Below, piece by piece: positions 8,643-16,565 of a stretch of DNA of 22,898 nt. Position 1 is the first letter of the stretch; every line of letters starts with the position of its first letter. Location of the stretch: the NCBI GenBank assembly GCA_039794085.1, contig JBDIWC010000054.1, forward strand, positions 1-22,898, written 5' to 3'. The stretch comes from Gemmatimonadales bacterium. GTDB lineage: Bacteria > Gemmatimonadota > Gemmatimonadetes > Gemmatimonadales > GWC2-71-9. The notes under the pieces are model-generated. The model was not told the DNA's origin and searched no databases. It saw only the letters and a list, made by a program, of their open reading frames with translations. A program made the position numbers and the translations under genes.

Positions 8643-9821
8643 ATGGAAGCCAACACCACAATCCTCGATCGGGTCCGTGCGGTACCGGCCCAGCGCCGGG
8701 TTTTCCTTCCGCTCGGATTCTCTCGGGACGAGGCCGGCCGGTGCACCGCCGAGATCCTGCGATTGAGCGCCGAGAACCACAACGATATGCTCCTCTGGCT
8801 CCCCCCCTATGGCAGCCTGCATGGGTCCCTGGCGCTGGGCGACCTCCTCGCCACCGGGGGCACCGCCCCCGTGATCGGCCTCCTCTGGGGCGAGGCCCGA
8901 ACCGCCACCCCTGCCCTCCTCCAGACCTGCGCGCCTCGACTCATCACTCCCCATGCCACCCTCGCCCCGCGGCGGATCGACTCCGTCTTCCAGACCTCGG
9001 CGAGCCGCATGAATGGACCGCCCGGGGGCGCGGAGACCGTTCTGGGTGAACTCCGGAATGCACTGACGAGCCTCAAGCAGGACGCAGCACACCGCGTGTG
9101 GCAGCGCATCAGTACCCGGATCGGTGTCACGATCTCTGACCTCATGACCGACGTGGCGGACCGGCCGGCCTGGAACGCCGGCGAGTCGGTCAGACTTGGC
9201 TGGGCGGACGCCGTCCTGCAGGGCCGGCATGCCGACCTGGATCACGAACCGACCCCTCCCACGGTTCGGCGCCTCGCCATGGATGCCGTGCAATCGGAAC
9301 GGGTGGTTCGGATCCAGGCGGAGCTCATCGCCGACATGGTCGCCGCCTCGATCGCGCTTCTGTTCCGGCTCAGCCAGGAAGGGGCCCAGCCCCTTCTCGT
9401 GTTGTTCGAAGGAGACACCGCGGACTTCCCCGCGACCACCGCCCTTCTCGACCACCTCGCGATGGTGCCCTGCACGGTCGTGGGATTGGCGAGCGGCACT
9501 CTCGGCCTGCTCGACACCGCCGCCCTGCAGGGGTGCACGATCCGGGCGGCCCGTGCCACCGCCTCGTTCCACCTGGCTGTGCGGACCGACTGGACCCAGG
9601 CCGAGATCACCATCACGGAAGAGATGCCGCCGGAGGAGGCGGAGCGGATGTTTCTTTTGGAAGCCGGACGGATCGGGACCCGCGCTGTCGCGGTGGCAGA
9701 GGTGCTCGCTTCCCGGAGCCGAGTGGCGGCCGAGGAATGGTCTCGTCGCATGAAGGGGGCGGTGATGATGTCGGCGGAGGAGGCGGTCTCTGACGGAGTG
9801 CTGGATGTCCTCCTCGACTGA
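8643..9821 (+). CDS. Tandem double ClpP-fold protein, both domains lacking the catalytic triad (ClpR-like pseudoprotease)
   Basis: ATG 8643 with upstream GGAG (the ORF-track start 8391 runs through the repeat). Domain 1: RRVFL..AEILRLSAEN..PVIGLLWGEARTAT..WNAGESVRLGWADAVL. Domain 2: ERVVRI..TVVGLASGTLGLL..MMSAEEAVSDGVLDVLL. Each aligns by eye to full-length ClpP, with the Ser/His/Asp positions substituted. Confidence 0.8.
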   Translation: MEANTTILDRVRAVPAQRRVFLPLGFSRDEAGRCTAEILRLSAENHNDMLLWLPPYGSLHGSLALGDLLATGGTAPVIGLLWGEARTATPALLQTCAPRLITPHATLAPRRIDSVFQTSASRMNGPPGGAETVLGELRNALTSLKQDAAHRVWQRISTRIGVTISDLMTDVADRPAWNAGESVRLGWADAVLQGRHADLDHEPTPPTVRRLAMDAVQSERVVRIQAELIADMVAASIALLFRLSQEGAQPLLVLFEGDTADFPATTALLDHLAMVPCTVVGLASGTLGLLDTAALQGCTIRAARATASFHLAVRTDWTQAEITITEEMPPEEAERMFLLEAGRIGTRAVAVAEVLASRSRVAAEEWSRRMKGAVMMSAEEAVSDGVLDVLLD

Positions 9822-10401
9822 GCCACACGGGACGCCCGCCACCGAGCGGGAAGTCCCCGGGCTCCCCATCATCGAGCCCGGCCGAGTCCTGAGTTGCATC
9901 GGGGCGGTACGCTGGTACCGCACGTCCCCCCTGGCGGATGAGTTGCTGCGGCTGGGCAGGATCGCCGACAAGCCGATCCTGCTGGTCATCGACTCCCCCG
10001 GTGGCGACTCCAACGCGGCGGACGCCCTCCATACCGTCATCAACCTGATTCAAGCCCCGGTGATTGGGCTCGTCGCAACCCGGGCCTGCTCCGCCGGGTG
10101 TGAGATCCTCCAGGCGTGTCGTGTGCGGTTGGCATTCCCGTCCTCGGCGCTCCTGGTGCACTTCTCCTCCATCACGTCCACCGAGCCCTTGACTCAGGCG
10201 AATGCGGATGCCCGGAATGTATTCTCGCAACAGCGTCGCGCCGCCCAAGAAGTCCAGTGGGCCACCGAGGTCAGAACCTTGGCCAAGCGCACCGGAATGG
10301 AGCTGGAGGCCGCCAGGCAGCTCCTGACCGAAGACCGGATCCTTCCGGCCAGGGAGGCGCTCGCCCTCGGCTTGCTGGATGGGATCGTGGGAGGGAAGTG
10401 A
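9805..10401 (+). CDS. Divergent ClpP-family serine protease (S14) with intact triad
   Basis: ILLVIDSPGG, ACSAG (Ser), LLVH (His), LAKRTG, TEDRILPAREALALGLLDGIV (Asp). Overlaps the upstream gene by 17 nt, with a GGAG SD. Not in a tig-clpP-clpX context, so no gene symbol is given. Confidence 0.92.
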   Translation: MSSSTEPHGTPATEREVPGLPIIEPGRVLSCIGAVRWYRTSPLADELLRLGRIADKPILLVIDSPGGDSNAADALHTVINLIQAPVIGLVATRACSAGCEILQACRVRLAFPSSALLVHFSSITSTEPLTQANADARNVFSQQRRAAQEVQWATEVRTLAKRTGMELEAARQLLTEDRILPAREALALGLLDGIVGGK

Positions 10402-10669
10402 TGTAGCGCCACGAATGGGGGGCGAGCTGCTCCCTTTTCTTACGATGGTGAATCCTGGCAGATGGGTTCAACGGGAAGTCCGAGAGTTCGGCGCTCACCC
10501 ATTTGGGAACCCGGGATACCAGAACGAGCTCCAGTGCCCAGCGAACGAACCGCATTGCCATCGGCATAGAGAAGCCCAATGACGGAAGTGGTACGAAGGA
10601 GTGTGTCCCATCTTCAGTGCAGTGTGCGGCCCGTCCACCGAGCCCTTGGCCCACCGCCCAGAAAGCGGA

Positions 10670-10704
10670 GTGGGCCCGCCTTGCGCCTACGCAGACGGGC
10701 CCAC
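10670..10704 (-). terminator. Hairpin, probable intrinsic terminator of the beta-helix lipoprotein gene
   Basis: GTGGGCCCG..TGCG-CCTA-CGCA..CGGGCCCAC, 26 nt past the stop at 10731, with a weak pyrimidine tail on the minus strand. Confidence 0.55.
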
Positions 10705-10730
10705 CCTACGGGGAAAGAACTTGCTTGCTG

Positions 10731-11828
10731 CTACCGGGAACAGGCCGCGTCCGGGAGGGCCCGGTTCTGTATTCCGGGAAGAGGATCAGGATCGAAAGAA
10801 GTAACGAACCCGCAGACGAGCGAGTGATTGAAGACGTTGCCGCTCCCCGCGTCAACCATGCCGAAATCGCCATTCGGCCCATCGACCCCGAAATCACGAA
10901 CATCGTTGTACTCGTAGGCTCCGCCATCCCCGGCAACGAAGAGCCCGACGTCGGAGTTGCCGGTCACCCGATTCTGGGAGACGACCGCTCCGTTGGCCTG
11001 AAAGATGAGAATCGCCGTGGCCGCGAAGTTCGTTGCTCCGAGCCACTGATTGCCGGCAACCTCATTGTGGCGGACCAGGCCGAGCGCGCCGAATCCCAGT
11101 TGCACGCCGTTGGCAGCCAGGTTCTGTTGAGTGGCGCTCGCACCGAGCCGGTTGTGCTCGACCACCACGTCGACATCACCGTTGGCGACAATCCCGGTTT
11201 TCTGGTATTCGTCGATCACGTTGTGGGTAATCCGCACTGACTGGGTGTTGGGGTGGGTACCGTCGAAAGGGGCGTTGCGCACTTCGATGGCATTGCCCTC
11301 CTGGCAGCCGCTCGCACCCTGATGGATCCCCACGACGCTGTTCATGGTGATCTCGCCCGAGGCACCGTCGAACATGATGCCGCGCAGACGATCATCACCC
11401 CCATCACAGACATTCGCCAGGTTCGAGACCGTCACCGTCACGTTGCGAACCGCCGCCCACAGTCCACCATTCTGTATGACCGCCCCGAGGAAGTGGCCCC
11501 CCGAGGGATCCACGGCCGTGATCGTATGGCCGTTGCCGTCGAGGGTCATGCCATCGGGCACGAGAAGGGTGCCGTCGGTCATGCAGTCCCCATCAAGCGC
11601 CATGATGCTCCCGGTCGTCGTGAAAGTGCAGTCGGTCGTCAGGGCGAACTCAGCCAGATTGTTCGCAACCGGAAAACCGGTCTCCTGGGCGGTCTCCGGA
11701 TGGAAAACCATCCCGTCGAGATTGAAGGTCGGTGCCGCCACCGAAGCCGGCGGGCTGTCCGAGACCGCGGTTGGAGCGCCGTCGCACCCGAACAGGGCTA
11801 CGACCAAGACCAGCAGAACCCTTCTCAT
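10731..11828 (-). CDS. Right-handed parallel beta-helix (pectate lyase/NosD-like) lipoprotein
   Basis: GGAGG SD, then MRRVLLVLVVALFG-C lipobox. TLDGNGHTIT, RGIMFDGASGEITMNSV, YQKTGIVANG, NGVQLGFGA are PbH-type repeats. The ORF-track extension to 13670 is antisense to the SARP gene. Confidence 0.9.
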   Translation of the reverse strand: MRRVLLVLVVALFGCDGAPTAVSDSPPASVAAPTFNLDGMVFHPETAQETGFPVANNLAEFALTTDCTFTTTGSIMALDGDCMTDGTLLVPDGMTLDGNGHTITAVDPSGGHFLGAVIQNGGLWAAVRNVTVTVSNLANVCDGGDDRLRGIMFDGASGEITMNSVVGIHQGASGCQEGNAIEVRNAPFDGTHPNTQSVRITHNVIDEYQKTGIVANGDVDVVVEHNRLGASATQQNLAANGVQLGFGALGLVRHNEVAGNQWLGATNFAATAILIFQANGAVVSQNRVTGNSDVGLFVAGDGGAYEYNDVRDFGVDGPNGDFGMVDAGSGNVFNHSLVCGFVTSFDPDPLPGIQNRALPDAACSR

Positions 11829-11888
11829 TCTTCCCTCCCTGTGTGGCAAACGAATGGTGAGACCGATATGGCCACCCGATACCCCACC

Positions 11889-11917
11889 TTGCCGCCTCCA
11901 CCCCCCGACCGTAACTT
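11889..11917 (+). promoter_or_regulatory. Putative sigma70 promoter of the SARP regulator (TTGCCG-N17-TAACTT)
   Basis: Near-consensus hexamers with a 17-nt spacer, ~100 nt upstream of ATG 12015. Confidence 0.55.
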
Positions 11918-11996
11918 CCCCGGTGCAACCCAAGACAAGCCCGGCCCGACGAACGCAGCGACGACAAGGCGTGGTGGCATCCAACCTCCACCCAGG

Positions 11997-12014
11997 GCGT
12001 GACAGCGGCGTCAC
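11997..12014. promoter_or_regulatory. Putative SARP-type heptamer direct repeat GCGTGAC-N4-GCGTCAC
   Basis: Abuts the SARP ATG. The 11-bp periodicity is typical of SARP boxes. Confidence 0.45.
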
Positions 12015-15000
12015 ATGACGACCAGCACAGGCATCTCCTCCCCCGATTCCCCGGCGGCCCCCGGTTCGTTTCACCTCCGAACCCTTGGCACGGTGGGCCT
12101 TTACGCGCCCGACGGGAGCCTCCGTCTCGGTCCCGGCCTCCCTCTCGCCCTCCTGACCTACCTGAAGGCCATGCCGGGGCAGTCGGCCCGGCGGGAGCAC
12201 CTGGCCGACACCTTCTGGGCCACCAGCGACGCCAGTCACTCCCGGCAGGCCCTCCGCCAGACCCTGACCCGTCTTCGGGTCGTTCTCGGACCGGAGGCCT
12301 TCGACGACCAGCACTCCGAGCTCCACCTCCGCGTCCCCCTGGCAGCGGACTTCCTCCAGTTCGTCGACGCCGTCGAGACCCGGGAGTTCGACCGGGCCCT
12401 GTCCCTCTATGAGGGTGAGTTCTTCCCCGAATACGGAAGCCCCGGATCCGCCGATTTCGAACAGTGGGTCGACGTGGAGCGGGAGCGCTTCCGGCGGCTC
12501 TTTCTCCGGATCGCCGAAGCGGCGGGCCGCGACGCCCTGGACCGGGGCGCCTCCCGGGAGGCGGTCCTCCTGGGTCGCCGGATGCAATGGGAAGTCCCCG
12601 CCTCCCAGGCCGGTACCCGCCTTCTCCTCGAAGCTCTGCTCGCCACAGGAAACCAGGACCTCGCCAGGGCCGAGGCCGATCTTGCCCTGGGGAAACTCCG
12701 CGAGGCGGGCCGCGACCCCGAGGCGGCCACGATCAGGGTCATCCAGAGCCTGGACAACCCGGCCCGGATCCCCCGGGAGGATCCCTCCCCCGAGGGGGAT
12801 CTCCTCGCCGCGCTGGTCGGGCGGGAACGAGAGTTCCGATCCCTGATCGATGCGTGGAACCAGGCCCGCCAGGGCCCCGCCATCGAGGTCTGCATCACGG
12901 GAGCCGCCGGACTCGGCAAGACCCGGCTCCTGAAGGATTTCTGCCTTCGTTTGAAGACTCTCGGCGCCCGGTTCCTGGCGGCACGCGCGCTGCCAGGGGA
13001 GCGAGGTCTCGACTTTGCGCTGGTCGGAGACCTGGTGGGTGCCCTCGCCGAAATGCCGGGAGCCAAGGGCGTCTCCCACCAATCGGCCGCGGTACTGGTC
13101 GGGATCAATCCGGCCCTTTCCGCAACCTATCCCCAGCAGCCGGCACCGGCGAGCGACAACGCCATTCATCGCCGCGCCCTGGCTGTCCTTGACCTGGTGC
13201 GAGCAGTCGCCGACGAGGCGCCACTCGCCCTGCTGATCGACGATCTGCACTGGGCCGACGAGGCGTCCCTCCAGGTGCTCTCGTTCCTCGCCGGCCGCCT
13301 GGGCGGGGTCCGCGTGATGCTGGTGACCGCGAGCCGCCCGTCGGATCATGCGCTGGATCCCGCCCTCTGCGGTCTCCGGCTTCACCTCGCTCCACTCCCT
13401 CCGGCGGACATCCAGGATCTGATCGAGAGTCTCGCCACCTTCCCCCCCGGGGCCACCTGGGGTCCGAGGGTCGCGGAGATTCTGCAGCAGACAACGGCCG
13501 GTTCTCCGCTCCTGGTACTCGAGACGCTTCGGTTGAGCATCGAGGAGGGCGACCTGCTCCGCACGGACGGCGTGTGGGAGACGGCGGAGCCGGAGAAGAT
13601 GCTGCGTCGCCTCGCCCAGTCCGATGTGCTCGCACTGCGCCTGGCGTCCCTCCCCAAGGAGGCGAGACACCTTCTCCTCTGCCTGGCCGTCGCGGGGGTT
13701 CCGCTCACGGACGAGGAAGTGGCCGCCGTGGGAGGGGACAAGGAACCGCTAGGGCTCTTGGAGCAGGCCGGGTCGTGTCATCACAGCCGGGCAGGATGGG
13801 AGTCGACTCACGACGAGTTGTCCGCCGCTGCCCTCCGCCTGGCCACGCCCGAGGAGTCGGCCCAGGCTCACCTCACGATCGGGCGATTGTTCGGGGAGCG
13901 GGCCACGGGGCTCCTGGGCTTCCGGCGCGCGGCGGCACACCTCCTTCAGGGCGGAGGACACCAGGATCTGGAACTCCTGGTCCGCCGGTGGATAGCGGCC
14001 GCCCGACGCACCGGCGACCAGAGAGGGGCGCGCACGCTCGTCACCGACCTGTTGGGCGACCTGACCCCGGCATCCGAGGTACGCCGGTTCACCCGTCGGG
14101 TTCCCCTCTCCCTGCGCTGGGGCCGACAGAGAGTGGCGGTGACAGCCGCCATGGCGGTCCTCGCGGGGTCCGTCGCCGCCCTCGCCAACGCCGGGCGGAC
14201 CCCGGAAGCTCCCCCGGATGCGGTCCTCGTCGTTCCCTCTCGCCCGTCCGGCTCGAACAGCTCCCTCATACTTGCACAGATCTCCGTCCGCCGGCGGGAG
14301 TGGTCGGGCGTGGACACAATTCGTCCGAACCGCACTACACGAGCGACGACCCTGACTTCCAAGCGGGGTGACTGGCCTCTCACTCCCATTGGAAGTGAAG
14401 GCCGGCTGGTCTACCCCGAGTCCTGGCCCGATTCGGGAGGTGTTGACCTGACCCTGCGTGAGAGTGACGGAACCCTTCGGCGGCTTACCCATGCCCGGGG
14501 TGACGACATCGACCCCAGCCCATCTCCGGATGGCCGGTATCTCGTCTTCAGTACCGGACGATGGCGCGGACCGGCGAGCCAGGATCTTGCAATCCTGGAT
14601 CTGGAGAGCTCGACGGTGCGTCGACTCACCCACGGCCCCGGTCGCGACACCAGCCCGCAGTGGTCTCCGGATGGAACCCGCGTTGCTTTCCTCCGCTACC
14701 ATCCCGAAGAGGACGCGAGTCACCTCTGCTGGACAACCGTTGACGCGGTCACCACCAGGTGCGGCCCCACCGCCGTCTCCCCGGACGGGCGGGTCCACGC
14801 GTGGAGTGGCCCTCTCCACATCATCTTCGACGAAGCGAGCGACGGCTTTTACCGCCTCGCCATCATGCGGTTGTGGCCTGAGGAAGATCAGGTTCCCCTC
14901 GACTCGACCGCGACGGGCCGATTCGTTGTCAGCCCGGATGGCCGTTGGGCATTGACGCTTCCCGGGACCCGCGCCCCTGGAGAAGAGCAGTACTTTTTCC

Positions 15001-16001
15001 CGCTCGATGCACCATCCCAGCGGACGATCTTCCTCAGCCCTTCCGCTGACAGCCCCTCCCCCTTCTGGCTCCCGTCACCTTCCCTGCACCAGGCGGTGGA
15101 TCGACTTCGGGTCACCTCCGGCTCGGCACCCCTCTCGGTCGGAGTGCCGCACCGCGTTCGGGTCGAGGCACTTCAGAGCACCGGTGAAGTCCTCGGCCTG
15201 GATCCGAGGGTCCAGCGGTGGTCATCGAGTGATACCACCGTTGTCTCCATCCTCTCCAATGGGTGGGTGATGCCCAAGCGCATCGGGCACGCCTGGCTTC
15301 ACGTGTTGGCGGGGGGTTGGAGGGAGGACTCGATCCCTCTCGTTGTGGAGAAAGGGACCCGAGAGGATCTGTACACCGAAGACTGGGCGGACACCACGCT
15401 CACCGGGTGGGAGACGTTCGGGACCCCACGACCTCGGGTGGTTTCCCGGGCCGACGGGACGAGGGCGTTCCTGAACAACGGGGATGAAACCTTCGAGAGC
15501 GGCGCGGTGTCGGTCATCGGGTTCGACGCGTCCGCCGGCCTGGGGCTCGAGGCGGAGGTCTCCACCCCGGTGACGGCCCCCATCTGGCAGCAACTCAAGC
15601 TCAGTCTGGAGAGCGGGAGCCGCGCCGCTGACGATTTCATCCTCAGCGATCTACGGTGTGGGATCACTTATCCCGCCGGTGAGGGGAAACGTTTGGTGGA
15701 CAGCGCCAAGGTCAGCGCGGGAGGAATGGCCGGCATCGAGATCTCCAGCATGGGATTCCGGTCGCCGGGGCCCTATACTGTTCAGATCCAGATCTTCCCG
15801 GACGGAACCTGCGGCCTGGCCATCGACGGCACCCCGGTCTGGCGGTCCGCCGATCCAGTGATCGATCCCCGCGAGACCTTCCAGGTCGTCATCGCCGGGC
15901 ACTCGGTGGGGACAGAGATCCTGGTCGGCCGATTGGTGATGTGGCGAGGAATGAAGGCCGAGACCGACTGGGCGGCACTCCCGCCGGTCTTGAGGCCTTA
16001 G
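12015..16001 (+). CDS. Transmembrane SARP/BTAD transcriptional regulator with STAND-type AAA ATPase, TolB-like (PD40) beta-propeller, Ig-like (BIG2) and C-terminal beta-sandwich domains
   Basis: LRTLG..REHLADTFW..RQALRQTLTRLR and ALSLYEGEFF..FEQWVDVERER (DnrI/BTAD). LVGRERE, Walker A GAAGLGKT, Walker B LLIDDLHWAD, TAGSPLLVLE. TM segment VAVTAAMAVLAGSVAALA (~14133). PD40 repeats DIDPSPSPDGRYLVF and DTSPQWSPDGTRVAF. BIG2-like WSSSDTTVVSILSNGWV. Confidence 0.92.
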   Translation: MTTSTGISSPDSPAAPGSFHLRTLGTVGLYAPDGSLRLGPGLPLALLTYLKAMPGQSARREHLADTFWATSDASHSRQALRQTLTRLRVVLGPEAFDDQHSELHLRVPLAADFLQFVDAVETREFDRALSLYEGEFFPEYGSPGSADFEQWVDVERERFRRLFLRIAEAAGRDALDRGASREAVLLGRRMQWEVPASQAGTRLLLEALLATGNQDLARAEADLALGKLREAGRDPEAATIRVIQSLDNPARIPREDPSPEGDLLAALVGREREFRSLIDAWNQARQGPAIEVCITGAAGLGKTRLLKDFCLRLKTLGARFLAARALPGERGLDFALVGDLVGALAEMPGAKGVSHQSAAVLVGINPALSATYPQQPAPASDNAIHRRALAVLDLVRAVADEAPLALLIDDLHWADEASLQVLSFLAGRLGGVRVMLVTASRPSDHALDPALCGLRLHLAPLPPADIQDLIESLATFPPGATWGPRVAEILQQTTAGSPLLVLETLRLSIEEGDLLRTDGVWETAEPEKMLRRLAQSDVLALRLASLPKEARHLLLCLAVAGVPLTDEEVAAVGGDKEPLGLLEQAGSCHHSRAGWESTHDELSAAALRLATPEESAQAHLTIGRLFGERATGLLGFRRAAAHLLQGGGHQDLELLVRRWIAAARRTGDQRGARTLVTDLLGDLTPASEVRRFTRRVPLSLRWGRQRVAVTAAMAVLAGSVAALANAGRTPEAPPDAVLVVPSRPSGSNSSLILAQISVRRREWSGVDTIRPNRTTRATTLTSKRGDWPLTPIGSEGRLVYPESWPDSGGVDLTLRESDGTLRRLTHARGDDIDPSPSPDGRYLVFSTGRWRGPASQDLAILDLESSTVRRLTHGPGRDTSPQWSPDGTRVAFLRYHPEEDASHLCWTTVDAVTTRCGPTAVSPDGRVHAWSGPLHIIFDEASDGFYRLAIMRLWPEEDQVPLDSTATGRFVVSPDGRWALTLPGTRAPGEEQYFFPLDAPSQRTIFLSPSADSPSPFWLPSPSLHQAVDRLRVTSGSAPLSVGVPHRVRVEALQSTGEVLGLDPRVQRWSSSDTTVVSILSNGWVMPKRIGHAWLHVLAGGWREDSIPLVVEKGTREDLYTEDWADTTLTGWETFGTPRPRVVSRADGTRAFLNNGDETFESGAVSVIGFDASAGLGLEAEVSTPVTAPIWQQLKLSLESGSRAADDFILSDLRCGITYPAGEGKRLVDSAKVSAGGMAGIEISSMGFRSPGPYTVQIQIFPDGTCGLAIDGTPVWRSADPVIDPRETFQVVIAGHSVGTEILVGRLVMWRGMKAETDWAALPPVLRP

Positions 16002-16070
16002 CTTGGTCGGTGCTGGGTCAGGGCTGGGTCCTCCTGTTTCACCTCGGCTGAAGCGGAGGCGATGCCTTCT

Positions 16071-16290
16071 GTGGGTGCGCCGCTTGCGGCGCACACGCGG
16101 GAACCGGCCCGCAGGTTCTTCCCACAGGTAGGGGCACGGCGGCGTGGATCGTAATCCCCGGGGGCTTTCGCCCCGGGCTCGGCTCTGCGGCCGTTCACAC
16201 GGCCGGGCGCACCGGAATCATGCCCGAAGGGGCATCGTCCTTCCCAGCCCCGGGTTGCGGTGTGGGTGCGCCGCAAGCGGCGCACCCACA
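16071..16290. repeat. Cluster of REP-like palindromes
   Basis: GTGGGTGCGCCGC-TT-GCGGCGCAC (16071-16094), CCCGGGGGC-TTTC-GCCCCGGG (~16157-16177), and perfect 14-bp arms TGTGGGTGCGCCGC-AA-GCGGCGCACCCACA (16261-16290). Confidence 0.8.
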
Positions 16291-16294
16291 ACAT

Positions 16295-16473
16295 GCCACA
16301 GTTCCACCCACGAACGACGAAGACCAGGCGAGACGGCCGCTGCTTCGACACCGCGCCGTGTTCCGCTCACGGGATCGCCACGGACTCCTGCGGAGTCCTC
16401 GCGATGACGACCCCGGCGTCCTTTCAGGACCCGTCGCCGAAGGCGCCGAGGCCGGGCTTCAGCCCGGTGATCG
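16295..16473. repeat. ~180-bp direct repeat, copy 1 (matches 18242-18419)
   Basis: Shared ccacccacgaacgacgaag..cttcgacaccgcgccgt..ccgctcacgggatcgccacggactcct-cggagtcctcgcgatgac..caggacccgtcgccgaaggcgccgag..gggcttcagcccgg. Confidence 0.92.
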
Positions 16474-16565
16474 TGGGTGCAACGGAAGAATGGACCCCGG
16501 CGTTCGCCGGGGTGACGATCCTGCTCGGGTTGAGATCCGGCGTCCTCCAGGACCCGTCGCCTCCT

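Larger units (their letters stand above)
11881..12206. repeat. ~325-bp direct repeat, copy 2 (intact promoter and SARP gene start)
   Basis: Aligns with 8273-8597. Confidence 0.95.

Noticed and set aside
8493..10043. 516-aa minus-strand ORF
   Set aside because: Shadow of the ClpP-like genes in high-GC DNA.
9805..10401. Housekeeping clpP or phage head-maturation protease
   Set aside because: No tig/clpX and no portal, capsid or terminase genes nearby. The sequence is divergent (HFSS rather than HQP).
10402..10669. Small ORFs between the active ClpP gene and the hairpin
   Set aside because: No convincing SD/start or motif in the frames checked. Left unexplained; may be a gene remnant.
8273..12206. 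Repeat pair as a diversity-generating retroelement TR/VR
   Set aside because: Mismatches involve all four bases rather than only adenines, include an indel, and no reverse transcriptase is present. The same applies to the 16295/18242 pair; the 1/583 pair has no mismatches.
11829..13670. N-terminal 614 aa of the 979-aa minus-strand ORF
   Set aside because: Antisense shadow of the SARP gene. The real start is ATG 11828, with SD and lipobox.
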